From positions 42,198-106,197 of the forward strand of contig CAVPKM010000020.1 of NCBI GenBank assembly GCA_963705725.1: a DNA stretch of 64,000 nucleotides, given 5' to 3'. This document shows positions 1-10,709 of this stretch, piece after piece (within the stretch, counting starts at the first letter, position 1; each line of letters opens with the position of its first letter). A model generated the notes under the pieces. That model searched no databases. It saw nothing but the letters and a program-made list of their open reading frames with translations, and was not told where the DNA came from. The position numbers and the translations under genes are program-made. The stretch comes from an uncultured Gammaproteobacteria bacterium (lineage in GTDB: Bacteria > Pseudomonadota > Gammaproteobacteria > UBA6002).

Positions 1-2905
1 GATCACCAGCGCCGAAAAAGCCAAATCGATCCCACCAGTTCTTTGGTTCTAAATTTTGCGGGTTGTTGCCATTGTTATCCCCATTGATAATGGCACCATA
101 TCCTCTATCAGCACGAGTAAGCTGTTGCAGTTCTCTGTAATCTATTTCTGAATTAGCAGTCAATTCCTCTTGGCGTATTTGATAAAGGGACCGAGTAACT
201 TTGCTTAAAAAAGTCTTGTTATGGTTATCATTCACCGGATCTCCTGTTATCTCCTGAATTAACACTGGAACATTATCTTCGATTAAGTACATGGGTGCTA
301 AAGCAACTTGATCTGTGTCTTTTAGCCTCTTTAAACTTTCACCAAATTGTTGTCTTGACATATCTTCTTCTACTTGTTTGAGGAAGGACTCAATATCTAG
401 ACCAAATTTGGCCAGTTCTTTTTTTAATGGCGTTCCAAGCCTGGTAGCAAGTGCCTCCATGAAGCGAAGCACAAGTTTCAAATTAGGAAATAGATTGAAG
501 AAAACGGCACTAGTGGCGACGTAATACATCAACGCTGGCTGATAGTCTTTATAGTCTCCATTAATGAGATCATCCCGTAAAACAAAATCTGCCGCTGTTG
601 CAAATGATGCACTAACAAAAAGGGTGGTTAGTGCTCCTGCAGCTAATGTTTGCCAAGGATAAAGTAATGTAGCTAGCGACTTTTCTCCATTGCCTGTCAG
701 ATTGTCGACGATAGTTGTCCAGGTTTGTATAGCAAAATTAGCAGCCAAGTAAGTGAAAACAAAGCTTGCTCCTGCAGTAATAGGGATGGCTTTATCCTTG
801 TCAGGAACCCGAGCAAGAATTTGTTCCCAAGTTTTTAGGACATAAATTAGCATGCCACCTCCCGATCCGAGACCCACAACAGTGGGAAGCACTTTTCTGT
901 ACAAGGTAGCTGCGCAAGACAACGGTGGTTCAGACTGAATATCAAATCGTCGCGCAAGATCTGCAAGATGTTCAATTATTTGCCTCTCACTAACAAGAGG
1001 GTCTTCTCCTTCACGGGCGGGTAGTGTGTCCCGAAACTGATCTAGCCAGCGAGTATCGTTCACCTCAAGGCATCTGTTTATCAACCCATGCGAAATTTTA
1101 CGAACGCTGTGAGTAAAACTAGCTAGAATTTTTTGATAACTTTGATCTTCAGTGGAACCTGCCAAAAAGCTTTTTAGCCTCCTGTAATCTTGATAACCAA
1201 TAACTTGCAAGGCATAAAAACCCATGATGGCGTTAGCAACGCCTATCATGGCTTTAACATAATTAGGATCTTTTGAGGCAAACATATAGGGTATTGAACC
1301 CGCAACAGCAAGGAGGCTGGTGAACAATGACCGAGCAGCCTTCCATTTTAGATCAGTATAATATGAGGAATTAAGTTCTTTTCGAAATTCAATATCTAAT
1401 CTATTGACAAAGGACTTAAAAGCTTCTGAGGCAGTAAACGCACTTACCCCGAAATTGGCATAAAGCACTGAGAATAAATAGCCAACAATTGCCAATCGGT
1501 TTTCGCCACCAAAATCAATGGTAGGATTAACATATAAAGCTAAACTAAATCCAGAGGTTACAGTTGAAAATGCCAAATTGGTATAATCATATACATCCCA
1601 GCTAATTGGACGAGCTAAATTAATTCTCAGTAATTTACCGAGTAGATTAGATTGATCAAGTTGATGCCCCTCTTCTTCCTCGTCAGACTCAGAATTCAAC
1701 TCCAATGGTGGTTGTGGATATCCAGTCCTTAGAGACTTATTATTCGTAGCCTTAGCACTCGTAGCCTCAGGATCCGCAGTAGCCTTTGTCAGCTCTCTGA
1801 CTAGAGGATCTTCACTTGAACTAGAGCTAGAACTTTGTCGTCCTTTAGCAGCTAATCGATCAGCTGCTTCTTGAGCTTGTTGTACAGCTGCTAGCCGTTG
1901 AGCTTCTTGAGCTTGTTGTTCAGCTGCTAGCCGTTGAGCTTCTTGAGCTTGTTGTTCAGCTGCTAGCCGTTGAGCTTCTTGAGCTTGTTGTTCAGCTGCT
2001 AGCCGTTGAGCTTCTTGAGCTTGTTGTTCAGCTGCTAGCTGTTGAGCTTCTTGAGCTTGTTGTTCAGCTGCTAGCCGTTGAGCTTCTTGAGCTTGTTGTT
2101 CAGCTGCTAGCTGTTGAGCTTCTTGAGCTTGTTGTTCAGCTGCTAGCCGTTGAGCTTCTTGAGCTTGTTGTTCAGCTGCTAGCCGTTGAGCTTCTTGAGC
2201 TTGTTGTTCAGCTGCTAATCGTTCAGCTGCTTCTTGAGCTTGTTGTTCAGCTGCTAATCGTTCAGCTGCTTCTTGAGCTTGTTGTTCAGCTGCTAATCGT
2301 TCAGCTGCTTCTTGAGCTTGTTGTTCAGCTGCTAATCGTTCAGCTGCTTCTTGAGCTTGTTGTTCAGCTGCTAATCGTTCAGCTGCTTCTTGAGCTTGTT
2401 GTTCAGCTGCTAATCGTTCAGCTGCTTCTTGAGCTTGTTGTTCAGCTGCTAATCGTTCAGCTGCTTCCTGAGCTTGTTGTTCAGCTGCTAATCGTTCAGC
2501 TGCTTCTTGAGCTTGTTGTTCAGCTGCTAATCGTTCAGCTGCTTCTTGAGCTTGTTGTTCAGCTGCTAATCGTTCAGCTGCTTCCTGAGCTTGTTGTTCA
2601 GCTGCTAATCGTTCAGCTGCTTCTTGAGCTTGTTGTTCAGCTGCTAATCGTTCAGCTGCTTCCTGAGCTTGTTGTTCAGCTGCTAATCGTTCAGCTGCTT
2701 CTTGAGCTTGTTGTTCAGCTGCTAATCGTTCAGCTGCTTCCTGAGCTTGTTGTTCAGCTGCTAATCGTTCAGCTGCTTCTTGAGCTTGTTGTTCAGCTGC
2801 TAATCGTTCAGCTGCTTCTTGAGCTTGTTGTTCAGCTGCTAATCGTTCAGCTGCTTCTTGAGCTAGTCGTTCAGCTTCTAGTTCTAGTTCACCTTGGGTC
2901 TGCAT
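1..2905 (-). CDS. Large putative effector/membrane protein (>968 aa, runs off the left edge): N-terminal tandem helical repeats, acidic linker, about 8 hydrophobic segments
   Basis: Absent from the ORF track because no stop lies in the window. ATG at 2905 with a GAGGA RBS; frame spot-checked at ~1600 and ~540 and open (MQTQGELELEAERLAQEAAERLAAEQQAQE...NWWDRFGFFGAG). Confidence 0.85.
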   Translation of the reverse strand, partial: MQTQGELELEAERLAQEAAERLAAEQQAQEAAERLAAEQQAQEAAERLAAEQQAQEAAERLAAEQQAQEAAERLAAEQQAQEAAERLAAEQQAQEAAERLAAEQQAQEAAERLAAEQQAQEAAERLAAEQQAQEAAERLAAEQQAQEAAERLAAEQQAQEAAERLAAEQQAQEAAERLAAEQQAQEAAERLAAEQQAQEAAERLAAEQQAQEAAERLAAEQQAQEAAERLAAEQQAQEAQRLAAEQQAQEAQRLAAEQQAQEAQQLAAEQQAQEAQRLAAEQQAQEAQQLAAEQQAQEAQRLAAEQQAQEAQRLAAEQQAQEAQRLAAEQQAQEAQRLAAVQQAQEAADRLAAKGRQSSSSSSSEDPLVRELTKATADPEATSAKATNNKSLRTGYPQPPLELNSESDEEEEGHQLDQSNLLGKLLRINLARPISWDVYDYTNLAFSTVTSGFSLALYVNPTIDFGGENRLAIVGYLFSVLYANFGVSAFTASEAFKSFVNRLDIEFRKELNSSYYTDLKWKAARSLFTSLLAVAGSIPYMFASKDPNYVKAMIGVANAIMGFYALQVIGYQDYRRLKSFLAGSTEDQSYQKILASFTHSVRKISHGLINRCLEVNDTRWLDQFRDTLPAREGEDPLVSERQIIEHLADLARRFDIQSEPPLSCAATLYRKVLPTVVGLGSGGGMLIYVLKTWEQILARVPDKDKAIPITAGASFVFTYLAANFAIQTWTTIVDNLTGNGEKSLATLLYPWQTLAAGALTTLFVSASFATAADFVLRDDLINGDYKDYQPALMYYVATSAVFFNLFPNLKLVLRFMEALATRLGTPLKKELAKFGLDIESFLKQVEEDMSRQQFGESLKRLKDTDQVALAPMYLIEDNVPVLIQEITGDPVNDNHNKTFLSKVTRSLYQIRQEELTANSEIDYRELQQLTRADRGYGAIINGDNNGNNPQNLEPKNWWDRFGFFGAGD
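1848..2876 (-). repeat. Coding tandem repeat: 16 full 39-bp units (2211-2834, AAEQQAQEAAERL), 9 units of 36 bp (1887-2210, AAEQQAQEAQRL) and partial/degenerate flanking units
   Basis: Counted directly. Plus-strand units are gctgctaatcgttcagctgcttcttgagcttgttgttca and gctgctagccgttgagcttcttgagcttgttgttca. Confidence 0.97.
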
Positions 2906-3080
2906 GTTTAAGATCCTCAATTCGTCGGTTGCTATAGATTTGTAATAACAATTTTTGCCAAAAATAAATAAATGCCAAAAGTTTGGCTGTTATGTCAACT
3001 GGCTTCAAAATTAATGCAGGGAATACTGCTTGGAGGCGACGATTATAAGGGAATATGTAAGTAGAAGGAATGAATAAAAA

Positions 3081-3096
3081 CTTAAGAAAAAATTAA
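3081..3096 (-). promoter_or_regulatory. PmrA-like box (TTAA-N7-TTAA) upstream of the repeat-protein gene
   Basis: Minus strand reads TTAA-ttttttc-TTAAg, the spacing of the Legionella/Coxiella PmrA direct repeat. AT-rich background lowers certainty. Confidence 0.5.
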
Positions 3097-3195
3097 AACA
3101 GCCTATTTGGCAAAAAACTTACATAAAATCTCCTATTAGTTTATGGAGAATTTCCTAAAAAACTCATAACTATCGGTGCGAATACAAAAGTAAGA

Positions 3196-3224
3196 TTGAA
3201 TCTCAAGAAGGCATCCAGTAGACT
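3196..3224 (+). promoter_or_regulatory. Sigma70-type promoter for tRNA-Pro
   Basis: TTGAAT-17 nt-TAGACT ending 7 nt before the tRNA. Confidence 0.6.
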
Positions 3225-3231
3225 GATCAAG

Positions 3232-3305
3232 CGGGGTGTGGCTCAGCTTGGTAGAGCACTGCTTTCGGGAAGCAGGGGTCGCTGGTTCGAATCCAGTCAC
3301 CCCGA
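3232..3305 (+). tRNA. tRNA-Pro(CGG), CCA not encoded
   Basis: Acceptor stem CGGGGTG/CACCCCG, D arm GCTC..GAGC, anticodon stem CTGCT/AGCAG with loop TTCGGGA, T loop GGTTCGAATCC. Confidence 0.97.
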
Positions 3306-3314
3306 TAGCTATTT

Positions 3315-3396
3315 TATTCAGGATAGCGCTAAAACGTTTTGATTATGGCAGGTGGCGGCAAAATATGGACGTTTCAATCCTGTGCTACATAATTAG
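3315..3396 (-). repeat. Internally deleted copy of the ~165-bp palindromic MITE-like element
   Basis: Reverse complement carries gcacaggattgaaacgtccatattttgcc and a degenerate aacgttttagcg, shared with 6257-6422 and 60190-60354; the central hairpin is missing. Confidence 0.8.
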
Positions 3397-3398
3397 GG

Positions 3399-4397
3399 TT
3401 AATTTTTTCTGTGAATGCAAAAGTACGCAATGCTTTCAAGGCCTTGTCGAGAAGGGGTATCTGGTAAGCAGGTAAGGGAGCGCAGTGCTTGTTCAACTTG
3501 ATAGCTTGCTTGGGCGAAGACATATTCCAGCGAATTGGCTTCTTTTATGGCTTCTATGACAACATCTAGATGATTCAATCCCCCAGCTTGAATAGATTCC
3601 CTGATAATTTTACTTTTGCTTGCAGATGCATGTTGCATGGCGTGAATTAAAGGGAGAGTGGGTTTTCCTTCTGCTAAGTCATCACCAATATTTTTTCCGA
3701 GCTCCTCACTGCTGCCTACGAAGTCTAAGGCATCATCAATCATTTGGAATGCAATACCAAGGTGCTTGCCATAGCTTGCAATGGACCTTTGCTCCGCCGG
3801 TGATCTTTTACAAATTAAAGTGCTAACTTCTGCTGCCGCTTCAAATAAGCGGGCAGTTTTATTGGTGATGACTTGTAAATAATGCGCTTCATCTATATTC
3901 GGATCATGCCTTTTGACAAGCTGTAAGACCTCTCCTTCGGCAATCGCATTAATGGCTTTTGCCAGTATTTCCATGACTTGAATATTTTTTAAATTGGTTA
4001 AAATCTGAAAGGTGCGTGAATAAATAAAATCACCGACTAACACGCTAACAGCGTTTCCCCAGATCATATTTGCCGTTTGTTGGTTGCGCCTTAATGAAGA
4101 ATTGTCGACAACGTCATCATGCAAGAGGGTGGCAGTATGTAAAAATTCCACCACTGCGGCTAAGGAGATATGTTGTTGATCTAGATTATCAAAGGCTTTA
4201 GCAACGAGTAGTACAATAAGTGGTCTAAGTCGCTTTCCGCCTCCTTTTAGAAGGTGCTGGCTAATTTCACCAATTAATGGAACATTGCTGTCTAGCTGTT
4301 CCTTAATTAGCTCGTCGACTTCTTGAAATTCCTTGCAAACGAGTTCTCGTACTTGCTCGATGGAGAAAAAAGCGCGATTTTCAATTTCAGAAATCAT
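3399..4397 (-). CDS. ispB: Octaprenyl-diphosphate synthase
   Basis: GGKRLRP, LLHDDVVD, AFQMIDD and GDDLAEGK motifs; divergent from rplU as usual. Confidence 0.95.
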   Translation of the reverse strand: MISEIENRAFFSIEQVRELVCKEFQEVDELIKEQLDSNVPLIGEISQHLLKGGGKRLRPLIVLLVAKAFDNLDQQHISLAAVVEFLHTATLLHDDVVDNSSLRRNQQTANMIWGNAVSVLVGDFIYSRTFQILTNLKNIQVMEILAKAINAIAEGEVLQLVKRHDPNIDEAHYLQVITNKTARLFEAAAEVSTLICKRSPAEQRSIASYGKHLGIAFQMIDDALDFVGSSEELGKNIGDDLAEGKPTLPLIHAMQHASASKSKIIRESIQAGGLNHLDVVIEAIKEANSLEYVFAQASYQVEQALRSLTCLPDTPSRQGLESIAYFCIHRKN

Positions 4398-4548
4398 CCA
4401 CTGTACTCATTCTTGTTTTTCCCGATCGTAGGTTTTCCCGTTCTGCATGTCAACTGTCAATAATTGGCTTCAACCAAACAGGCCTTGCTTGTTACGATAT
4501 GATTGCGTAGAATTGGCCCTTTATATGTATTACCCGGAGTTTATTTTT

Positions 4549-4863
4549 ATGTATGCGGTTATAGCAAGTGGTGGCAAGCAGTATAGAGTCGCCGAAGGTG
4601 GGCTTATTAAATTAGAAAAAATTAATGCTGAAGCGGGCACTATGATTGAATTTGAGCAAGTTTTAATGCTTGCTGACGGAGAAAATATCACAGTAGGTGT
4701 GCCATTTGTAAAAAATGCAACCGTCAAAGCTGAAGTGGTTGAGCATGGTCGTAATAAAAAAATAGACGTCATTAAATTTCGTAGGCGCAAACATTCTATG
4801 AAAAGACAAGGACATCGGCAAGACTTTACAGCAGTTAGAATTACAGGTATTGAAACTCGCTAA
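4549..4863 (+). CDS. rplU: 50S ribosomal protein L21
   Basis: [14 protein letters not shown]...GHRQ; start moved to ATG 4549 behind a GGAG RBS. Confidence 0.98.
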   Translation: MYAVIASGGKQYRVAEGGLIKLEKINAEAGTMIEFEQVLMLADGENITVGVPFVKNATVKAEVVEHGRNKKIDVIKFRRRKHSMKRQGHRQDFTAVRITGIETR

Positions 4864-4881
4864 ACTAAAAGAGGTTAAGAT

Positions 4882-5133
4882 ATGGCACATAAAAAGGCAG
4901 GGGGAAGTTCGCGGAACGGTCGTGATTCCAACCCTAAGTTTCTTGGCGTTAAACGGTTTGGCGGTCAACGTGTGTTGGCTGGAAATATTCTAGTTCGTCA
5001 AAGAGGGACAAAGGTGTCTCCCGGTAAAAATGTTGGGATAGGCAAAGATCACACCTTATTTGCCTTAATAGACGGGGTGGTTAAGTTCACCAAACAAGGT
5101 CCGCAAAATAAAACCTATGTATTAATTGAATAG
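4882..5133 (+). CDS. rpmA: 50S ribosomal protein L27
   Basis: [16 protein letters not shown]. Confidence 0.99.
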   Translation: MAHKKAGGSSRNGRDSNPKFLGVKRFGGQRVLAGNILVRQRGTKVSPGKNVGIGKDHTLFALIDGVVKFTKQGPQNKTYVLIE

Positions 5134-5138
5134 ATGCA

Positions 5139-5169
5139 GTAACTACCATCCCGCGGCTTTTCGCGAGAT
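5139..5169. repeat. Degenerate REP-like palindrome
   Basis: gtaactac-catcccgcggcttttcgcgagat, related to 6463-6515 and 19351-19395. Confidence 0.5.
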
Positions 5170-5191
5170 TCAAAAGAAAATATTAAAGAGT

Positions 5192-5229
5192 AAACGTGCT
5201 GTTAGCCAAAAGGCCAGCACGTTTTTTTT
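5192..5229 (+). terminator. Intrinsic terminator after rplU-rpmA
   Basis: Stem aaacgtgctg...cagcacgttt followed by a T run. Confidence 0.75.
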
Positions 5230-5254
5230 GGTTCATCATTTAGTGTGATAAAAA

Positions 5255-6271
5255 ATGAAGTTTGTTGATGAGGCTAAAGTTTACGTAGAGGCAGGGAAAG
5301 GAGGAGATGGCAGCGCGAGCTTTCGTCGAGAAAAATTTATTCCTTTTGGTGGTCCGGATGGTGGGGATGGAGGGGATGGAGGAAGCATTTTTTTTGTGGC
5401 GGACTCCAATATCAATACATTAATCAATTTTCGCTATACACGAGGCTACCAAGCTAAACATGGTGAGAACGGCAAGGGTAAACAGTGCACCGGTAAAAAA
5501 GGAGAGGATCTTTATCTTAAAGTACCCGTCGGCACCACTATTTATAACGATGAAACAGATGAGTTGTTAGGCGATTTAACCGAAGAAGGGGAAACGTTTT
5601 GCATTGCAAAGGGTGGGCATCATGGTCTTGGTAACGTTAATTTTAAAAGCAGTGTCAATCGCGCACCTAGAAAAACCACGAAGGGACAGCTAGGTGAAAA
5701 GTATCATTTAAGATTAGAACTCAAAGTATTGGCGGATGTGGGCTTGCTAGGTTTGCCAAATGCAGGCAAATCTACCTTCATTAGCGCCGTTTCCCATGCA
5801 AGACCTAAGGTGGCTGATTATCCCTTTACTACACTCTATCCCCAACTTGGTGTGGTGAGGGTATCCGATGAACACAGCTTTGTGGTAGCAGACATTCCTG
5901 GATTGATACAAGGCGCGTCAGAAGGTGCAGGTCTTGGGATTCGATTTTTAAAGCACCTAGCTAGAACAAGATTATTGCTGCATCTTGTGGATATTGCGCC
6001 AGTGGATGAGAGTGATGTGGTAGCGCACATAACAACCATACTCAATGAGCTCGAAGCATTTGACGAAGCTTTAGTAAATAAAGCACGTTGGCTAGTCTTT
6101 ACCAAAACCGATTTGCTTCTGCCTGAAGAAGCGCGTTTGCGTTGTCAAGAAATAGTATCCAGATTAAATTGGAAAGGACCTGTTTATCAGGTTTCTTCCG
6201 TGAGTCATCAAGGGCTGGAAGAATTATGCTATGCAATTATGGAATATCTCATTACGTCAGCACAGGGTTGA
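5255..6271 (+). CDS. obgE: GTPase ObgE/CgtA
   Basis: Gly-rich Obg fold, [13 protein letters not shown] and TKTD; last codons and stop lie inside the MITE-like element. Confidence 0.98.
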   Translation: MKFVDEAKVYVEAGKGGDGSASFRREKFIPFGGPDGGDGGDGGSIFFVADSNINTLINFRYTRGYQAKHGENGKGKQCTGKKGEDLYLKVPVGTTIYNDETDELLGDLTEEGETFCIAKGGHHGLGNVNFKSSVNRAPRKTTKGQLGEKYHLRLELKVLADVGLLGLPNAGKSTFISAVSHARPKVADYPFTTLYPQLGVVRVSDEHSFVVADIPGLIQGASEGAGLGIRFLKHLARTRLLLHLVDIAPVDESDVVAHITTILNELEAFDEALVNKARWLVFTKTDLLLPEEARLRCQEIVSRLNWKGPVYQVSSVSHQGLEELCYAIMEYLITSAQG

Positions 6272-6422
6272 AACGTCCATATTTTGCCATCTTCGAACAA
6301 AAAATTTAATTAAAACTGCTCACATACTTGAGTATTGCTCCGCTATTAATTAAATTTGTTTGGCCGAATCTGGCTAAAATCTGAACGTTTAGCGACTTCT
6401 AGCATTTGTGCTGAATAGTTAC
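6257..6422 (+). mobile_element. ~165-bp palindromic MITE-like element (copy A)
   Basis: Terminal IR tcagcaca...tgtgctga(atagttac), internal arms with ttaattaa and a central catac/gtat hairpin; flanks near-identical to 60190-60354. Confidence 0.85.
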
Positions 6423-6462
6423 TACACTACTACTTTTTAGCTGAAAAGTGCTCATAGAAGAA

Positions 6463-6515
6463 CGCGGCTAAGCCGCGGGCGCGGCTTCTCTGTCGTCCCG
6501 CGGCTAAGCCGCGGG
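6463..6515. repeat. Doublet of GC-rich REP-like hairpins between convergent obgE and rpsT
   Basis: cgcggctaagccgcggg occurs twice (6463-6479 and 6499-6515). Confidence 0.8.
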
Positions 6516-6524
6516 TAGGGTTTG

Positions 6525-6788
6525 TTACTCAAGACCTTTGATATGTGCTGAGAGTCTGCTTTTGTGTCTCGCCGCTTTGTTTTTGTGGATTAGCTTTTTG
6601 TTGACCATGCCATCAATATAGGGGACTGCTTGCTCGTAAGCTTGTTTTGCTTCTGCCTTATTGCCGCCTTCAATGGCTTTTAATACCTTTTTAAGGCAAG
6701 TGCGCATTCTTGAGCGTAAACTTGAATTATGTAAACGATGCTTTTCTGCTTGTCTGACTCGTTTTTTTGCTTGTGCAGTATTTGCCAC
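6525..6788 (-). CDS. rpsT: 30S ribosomal protein S20
   Basis: MANTAQAKKRVRQ...IHKNKAARHKSRL. Confidence 0.99.
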   Translation of the reverse strand: MANTAQAKKRVRQAEKHRLHNSSLRSRMRTCLKKVLKAIEGGNKAEAKQAYEQAVPYIDGMVNKKLIHKNKAARHKSRLSAHIKGLE

Positions 6789-6891
6789 TGTATAAACTCC
6801 AAGATATATTCAATAATTTATTGAATATGCCGGGGATAGGATTTATTGTCAACTATTTAAAGCTGAAATACCTACATTTTGAAGGCTAGCA

Positions 6892-7836
6892 ATGGAAATC
6901 ATCCGTGGTATTACTAATATCAGGCCAAAACATCGTGGCTGTGTTCTTACCATTGGTAATTTTGATGGTGTGCACCAAGGGCATCAAAATTTACTCTCCC
7001 AACTACTTGCAAAATCTCATCAGCTTAACCTTCCTGCTACAGCGATTATTTTTGAGCCTCAGCCAAATGAATTCTTTAATCAAGAGGCCTGTTTAACAAG
7101 ACTCATGACATTGCGAGAAAAAATTGAAGCATTGAGCCGGCAAGGTCTTGATCGCGTTTTATGTATACGGTTTACTGAAAAAATAGCGAGATTAACCAGC
7201 GAGGCATTTGTTCATGATATACTGTTTGAAAAGTTAGCAACAAAGTATGTACTCGTTGGTGATGATTTTAAATTTGGTTATAAACGGCTCGGTGATTTTG
7301 TATTATTAAAACGATTAGGTGAAAAATACTTTTTTGAAGCAGCGCATTTGCCGACTTTTAAGCTCCTAGGTAAGCGTGTTAGCAGTACGCGAATTCGGCA
7401 GTTGCTGGAACAGGGAGAGGTAGAACAGGCGAATTATTTATTGGGCCAATCCTTTACGGTTAAAGGACGCGTGATAGAAGGTGATAAAATAGGACGACAG
7501 CTTGGTTTTCCTACTGCTAACATCCATTTTGAACCTAAAAAAGTTCCATTATCTGGGATCTTCATAGTTGAAATGTTAGGAATAGACAATAAGCCGCTGC
7601 CTGGCGTAGCAAGTATCGGAACACGTCCCACAGTCAATTTAAGTGCGGAAAAAACGTTTGAAGTGCATCTATTAAATTTTGACCAAAATATTTATGGTCA
7701 GCTTGTTGCAGTCCGTTTTTTGAAAAAAGTTCGAGATGAACTGGCCTTTCCTGATTTGATTGCACTAAAAGAACAAATTAAGCTGGATGTTGAGCTAGCA
7801 AAAAATTTTTTTACTCATCATCGACGCAGGGTATAA
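6892..7836 (+). CDS. ribF: Riboflavin kinase/FAD synthetase
   Basis: IGNFDGVHQGH, VSSTRIR, LGFPTAN, GTRPTV. Confidence 0.98.
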   Translation: MEIIRGITNIRPKHRGCVLTIGNFDGVHQGHQNLLSQLLAKSHQLNLPATAIIFEPQPNEFFNQEACLTRLMTLREKIEALSRQGLDRVLCIRFTEKIARLTSEAFVHDILFEKLATKYVLVGDDFKFGYKRLGDFVLLKRLGEKYFFEAAHLPTFKLLGKRVSSTRIRQLLEQGEVEQANYLLGQSFTVKGRVIEGDKIGRQLGFPTANIHFEPKKVPLSGIFIVEMLGIDNKPLPGVASIGTRPTVNLSAEKTFEVHLLNFDQNIYGQLVAVRFLKKVRDELAFPDLIALKEQIKLDVELAKNFFTHHRRRV

Positions 7837-7871
7837 TAACTTATTTTGATTGCTACTAGAGGTAAAATTTC

Positions 7872-10671
7872 ATGGCAGACTACAAGCATACATTAAATTT
7901 GCCAGCAACGCCTTTTCCCATGAAGGCAAATCTTCCCGCTCGTGAACCTGAAATTTTACAATTTTGGCAGCAGATTAATCTTTATCAAAAATTGCGGCAA
8001 CTTGGAAAAAATCGCACGAAATTTATCCTTCACGATGGCCCGCCCTATGCAAATGGGCAGCTTCATATTGGTCATGCAGTTGGCAAAACATTAAAAGATA
8101 TTGTCATTAAATTTAAAACATTAAGTAATTACGATGCGCCATATGTGCCAGGCTGGGATTGTCATGGTCTCCCTATCGAGCTTAATGTTGAAAAGCAAAT
8201 CGGTAAGGCCGCGAAAATGGCAAAAACTGAATTTATTAAAGCTTGCCGCGATTATGCAAAATCGCAAATCGAATTACAAAAAACAGATTTTATTCGGCTA
8301 GGTGTGTTGGGGGATTGGGATCATCCCTATCTGACAATGGATCCTGGCTATGAAGCAAACGTTATTCGCTCATTATCAAAAATCATTGAAAATGGTCATC
8401 TGCAACAAGGATTCAAGCCCGTCCATTGGTGCATTGAATGTGGTTCAGCACTAGCCGAAGCAGAAGTTGAATATAAAGATAAGCAGTCAGAGGCTATTGA
8501 TGTGCTGTTTCGAGTTGTTGAGCACGATTCCAAGCTAGCAGCGCTTAACCTACCCATTACCAATCAAGCTGTTGCTGTTCCCATTTGGACTACTACGCCT
8601 TGGACTTTACCTGCGAACCAAGCTGTCGCGCTTAATCCAAAATATGATTATGTCTTTGTGCAAATTGAGGAGGCAGGTCCTATCCTGATTGTGGCAAAAG
8701 CATTGATTGAAAGCTTTCTGCAACGGTTAAATCGTGTAGAAAGTCCTATTATCGCGACTTTTCAAGGCAAAGAGTTGGAAGGAATACGCCTGCATCATCC
8801 TTTCTTAATGCGAGAAGTGCCATTAATTTTAAGTGACCACGTGACGCTCGATGCGGGAACCGGCGCTGTGCACATTGCCCCTGCCCATGGCCAAGAAGAT
8901 TATGCAGTTAGCCAAATTTATAAATTGCCGCTTGATAATCCAGTAGATGGTAAGGGTTTCTACTTGCCTGGGACTCCCTTAGTTGCGGGAGAATCCATTA
9001 CAAAAGTAGCGGATACTATTCTTGAAATCCTTAAGGAACATTCAAATTTATTGCATGAAAGTAAAATTCAACATAGTTATCCGCATTGTTGGCGGCATAA
9101 AACGCCTTTAATTTTTCGTGCGACGCCGCAATGGTTTATCAGCATGGAAAAAAATGGGTTGCGTGAGCAAGCGCTTATCTCAGTTAAAAAAACCCATTGG
9201 ATTCCTGGGTGGGGAGAGACACGTATTCTGGATATGATAGAAAAACGTCCTGATTGGTGCATCTCCAGGCAAAGAGTATGGAATACTCCTATTCCATTAT
9301 TCATCCATAAACAAACGCGAGAACTGCATCCTGATACTCTCCGATCATGGAAAAAGTGGCTGAATTGGTAGCAAAAAATGGTATAGAAATCTGGTATCAG
9401 CTTAATTTGACTGATTTAGTCTCCCAAAGACGCGGATTTATATGAAAAAATCACTGATACATTAGATGTATGGTTTGATTCAGGAGTTAGCCATGCTTGC
9501 GTGCTAGATCAACGTAAAGAATTACACGTCACCCGCCGATCTTTACCTAGAAGGATCTGATCAGCATAGAGGGTGGTTTCAAACCTCCCTGTTAACTTCT
9601 GTTGCCATGTATGAAAGAGCGCCTTACTTGAATGTACTCACACATGGGTTCACGGTCGATGCCAAAGGTCGTAAAATGTCCAAGTCACTTGGCAATGTGC
9701 TTGCGCTGGAAAAAGTTATTCGTGAGCTAGGTGCCGATGTTTTGCGACTTTGGGTAGCCACAACGGATTATCGTAATGAAATAACTGTATCGAAAGAAAT
9801 TTTTGAACGATCTACTGAAGCTTATCGTCGTATTAGAAATACAGCCAAGTTTTTTCTTTCTAATCTCAATGATTTTAATCCAGACCAAGATTTATTGCCT
9901 TTTTCCGATTTATTGCAACTTGATCAATGGGCTGTCGATGCAGGCGCGCAATTACAAGAAGAAATCATCACTGCTTATGGTCATTATCAGTTTCATGTGG
10001 TCACACAAAAAATACAGCATTTTTGTTCTATCGAAATGGGCAGTTTTTATCTGGATATTCTCAAAGACCGCTTATACACCACAAAGGCAAAAAGTTTAGC
10101 GAGACGGTCGGCGCAAACCGCTATTTTTCATTTGCTTAATGCGATGGTTCGCTGGATTGCGCCTGTCCTTTCTTTTACCGCAGAAGAGATTTGGCAGTAT
10201 ATGCCTGGAAAAGAACGTGAATCTGTATTCCTTTCAACCTGGTATTCAAAATTGGCCAGTACGACGCAAGTCATCAGACAAAATTGGAGTCGTATTATCG
10301 CTTTACGAGAACAAGTCAATCTTGAACTCGAACGTCAGCGTGTTGCTGGTAAAATTGGTTCTCCACTTGCTGCTGAAATTATACTGGACTGTAAGGAGCA
10401 AGATTATCAACTGCTATCCAAATTTGGAGAAGAATTGCGTTTTATTTTTATTACTTCAGATGCAGGCATAAGATTAAACGATCAAAAGCAGGAAGGGGAA
10501 ATTTCCTTGACCCCTGAGGTGAAAATTGAAGTGTCGCCTTCTTCTTATGAAAAATGTGGGCGTTGTTGGCATCGTCGAAAAGAAGTGGGGCAAAATCAAG
10601 CTTATGAAGATCTTTGTGCGCGCTGCGTAGCAAATGTAGAGGGTGAGGGTGAATTAAGAAAATATGTTTAA
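7872..10671 (+). CDS. ileS: Isoleucine-tRNA ligase, split by three 1-nt frameshifts (~9341, ~9425, ~9530)
   Basis: [28 protein letters not shown] (in the inter-ORF gap), [16 protein letters not shown] and C-terminal CxxC..CxxC. Essential gene, so probably sequencing indels. Confidence 0.95.
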
Positions 10672-10709
10672 TTAAAAATTCATTAACGAAGGGTATTGAG
10701 GGTAGAAGA

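Noticed and set aside
1848-2876. 36/39-bp repeats as a CRISPR or other non-coding array
   Set aside because: Units are contiguous with no unique spacers, lengths are multiples of 3, they stay in frame in a long ORF, and no cas genes are present.
3232-3305. tRNA-Pro as the integration site of an island to its left
   Set aside because: The effector-like gene lies on the 5' side, ispB follows the 3' end, and I found no duplicated tRNA fragment or integrase in the window.
3236-3475. 79-aa ORF in the track
   Set aside because: It overlaps the tRNA-Pro gene and a repeat remnant; spurious.
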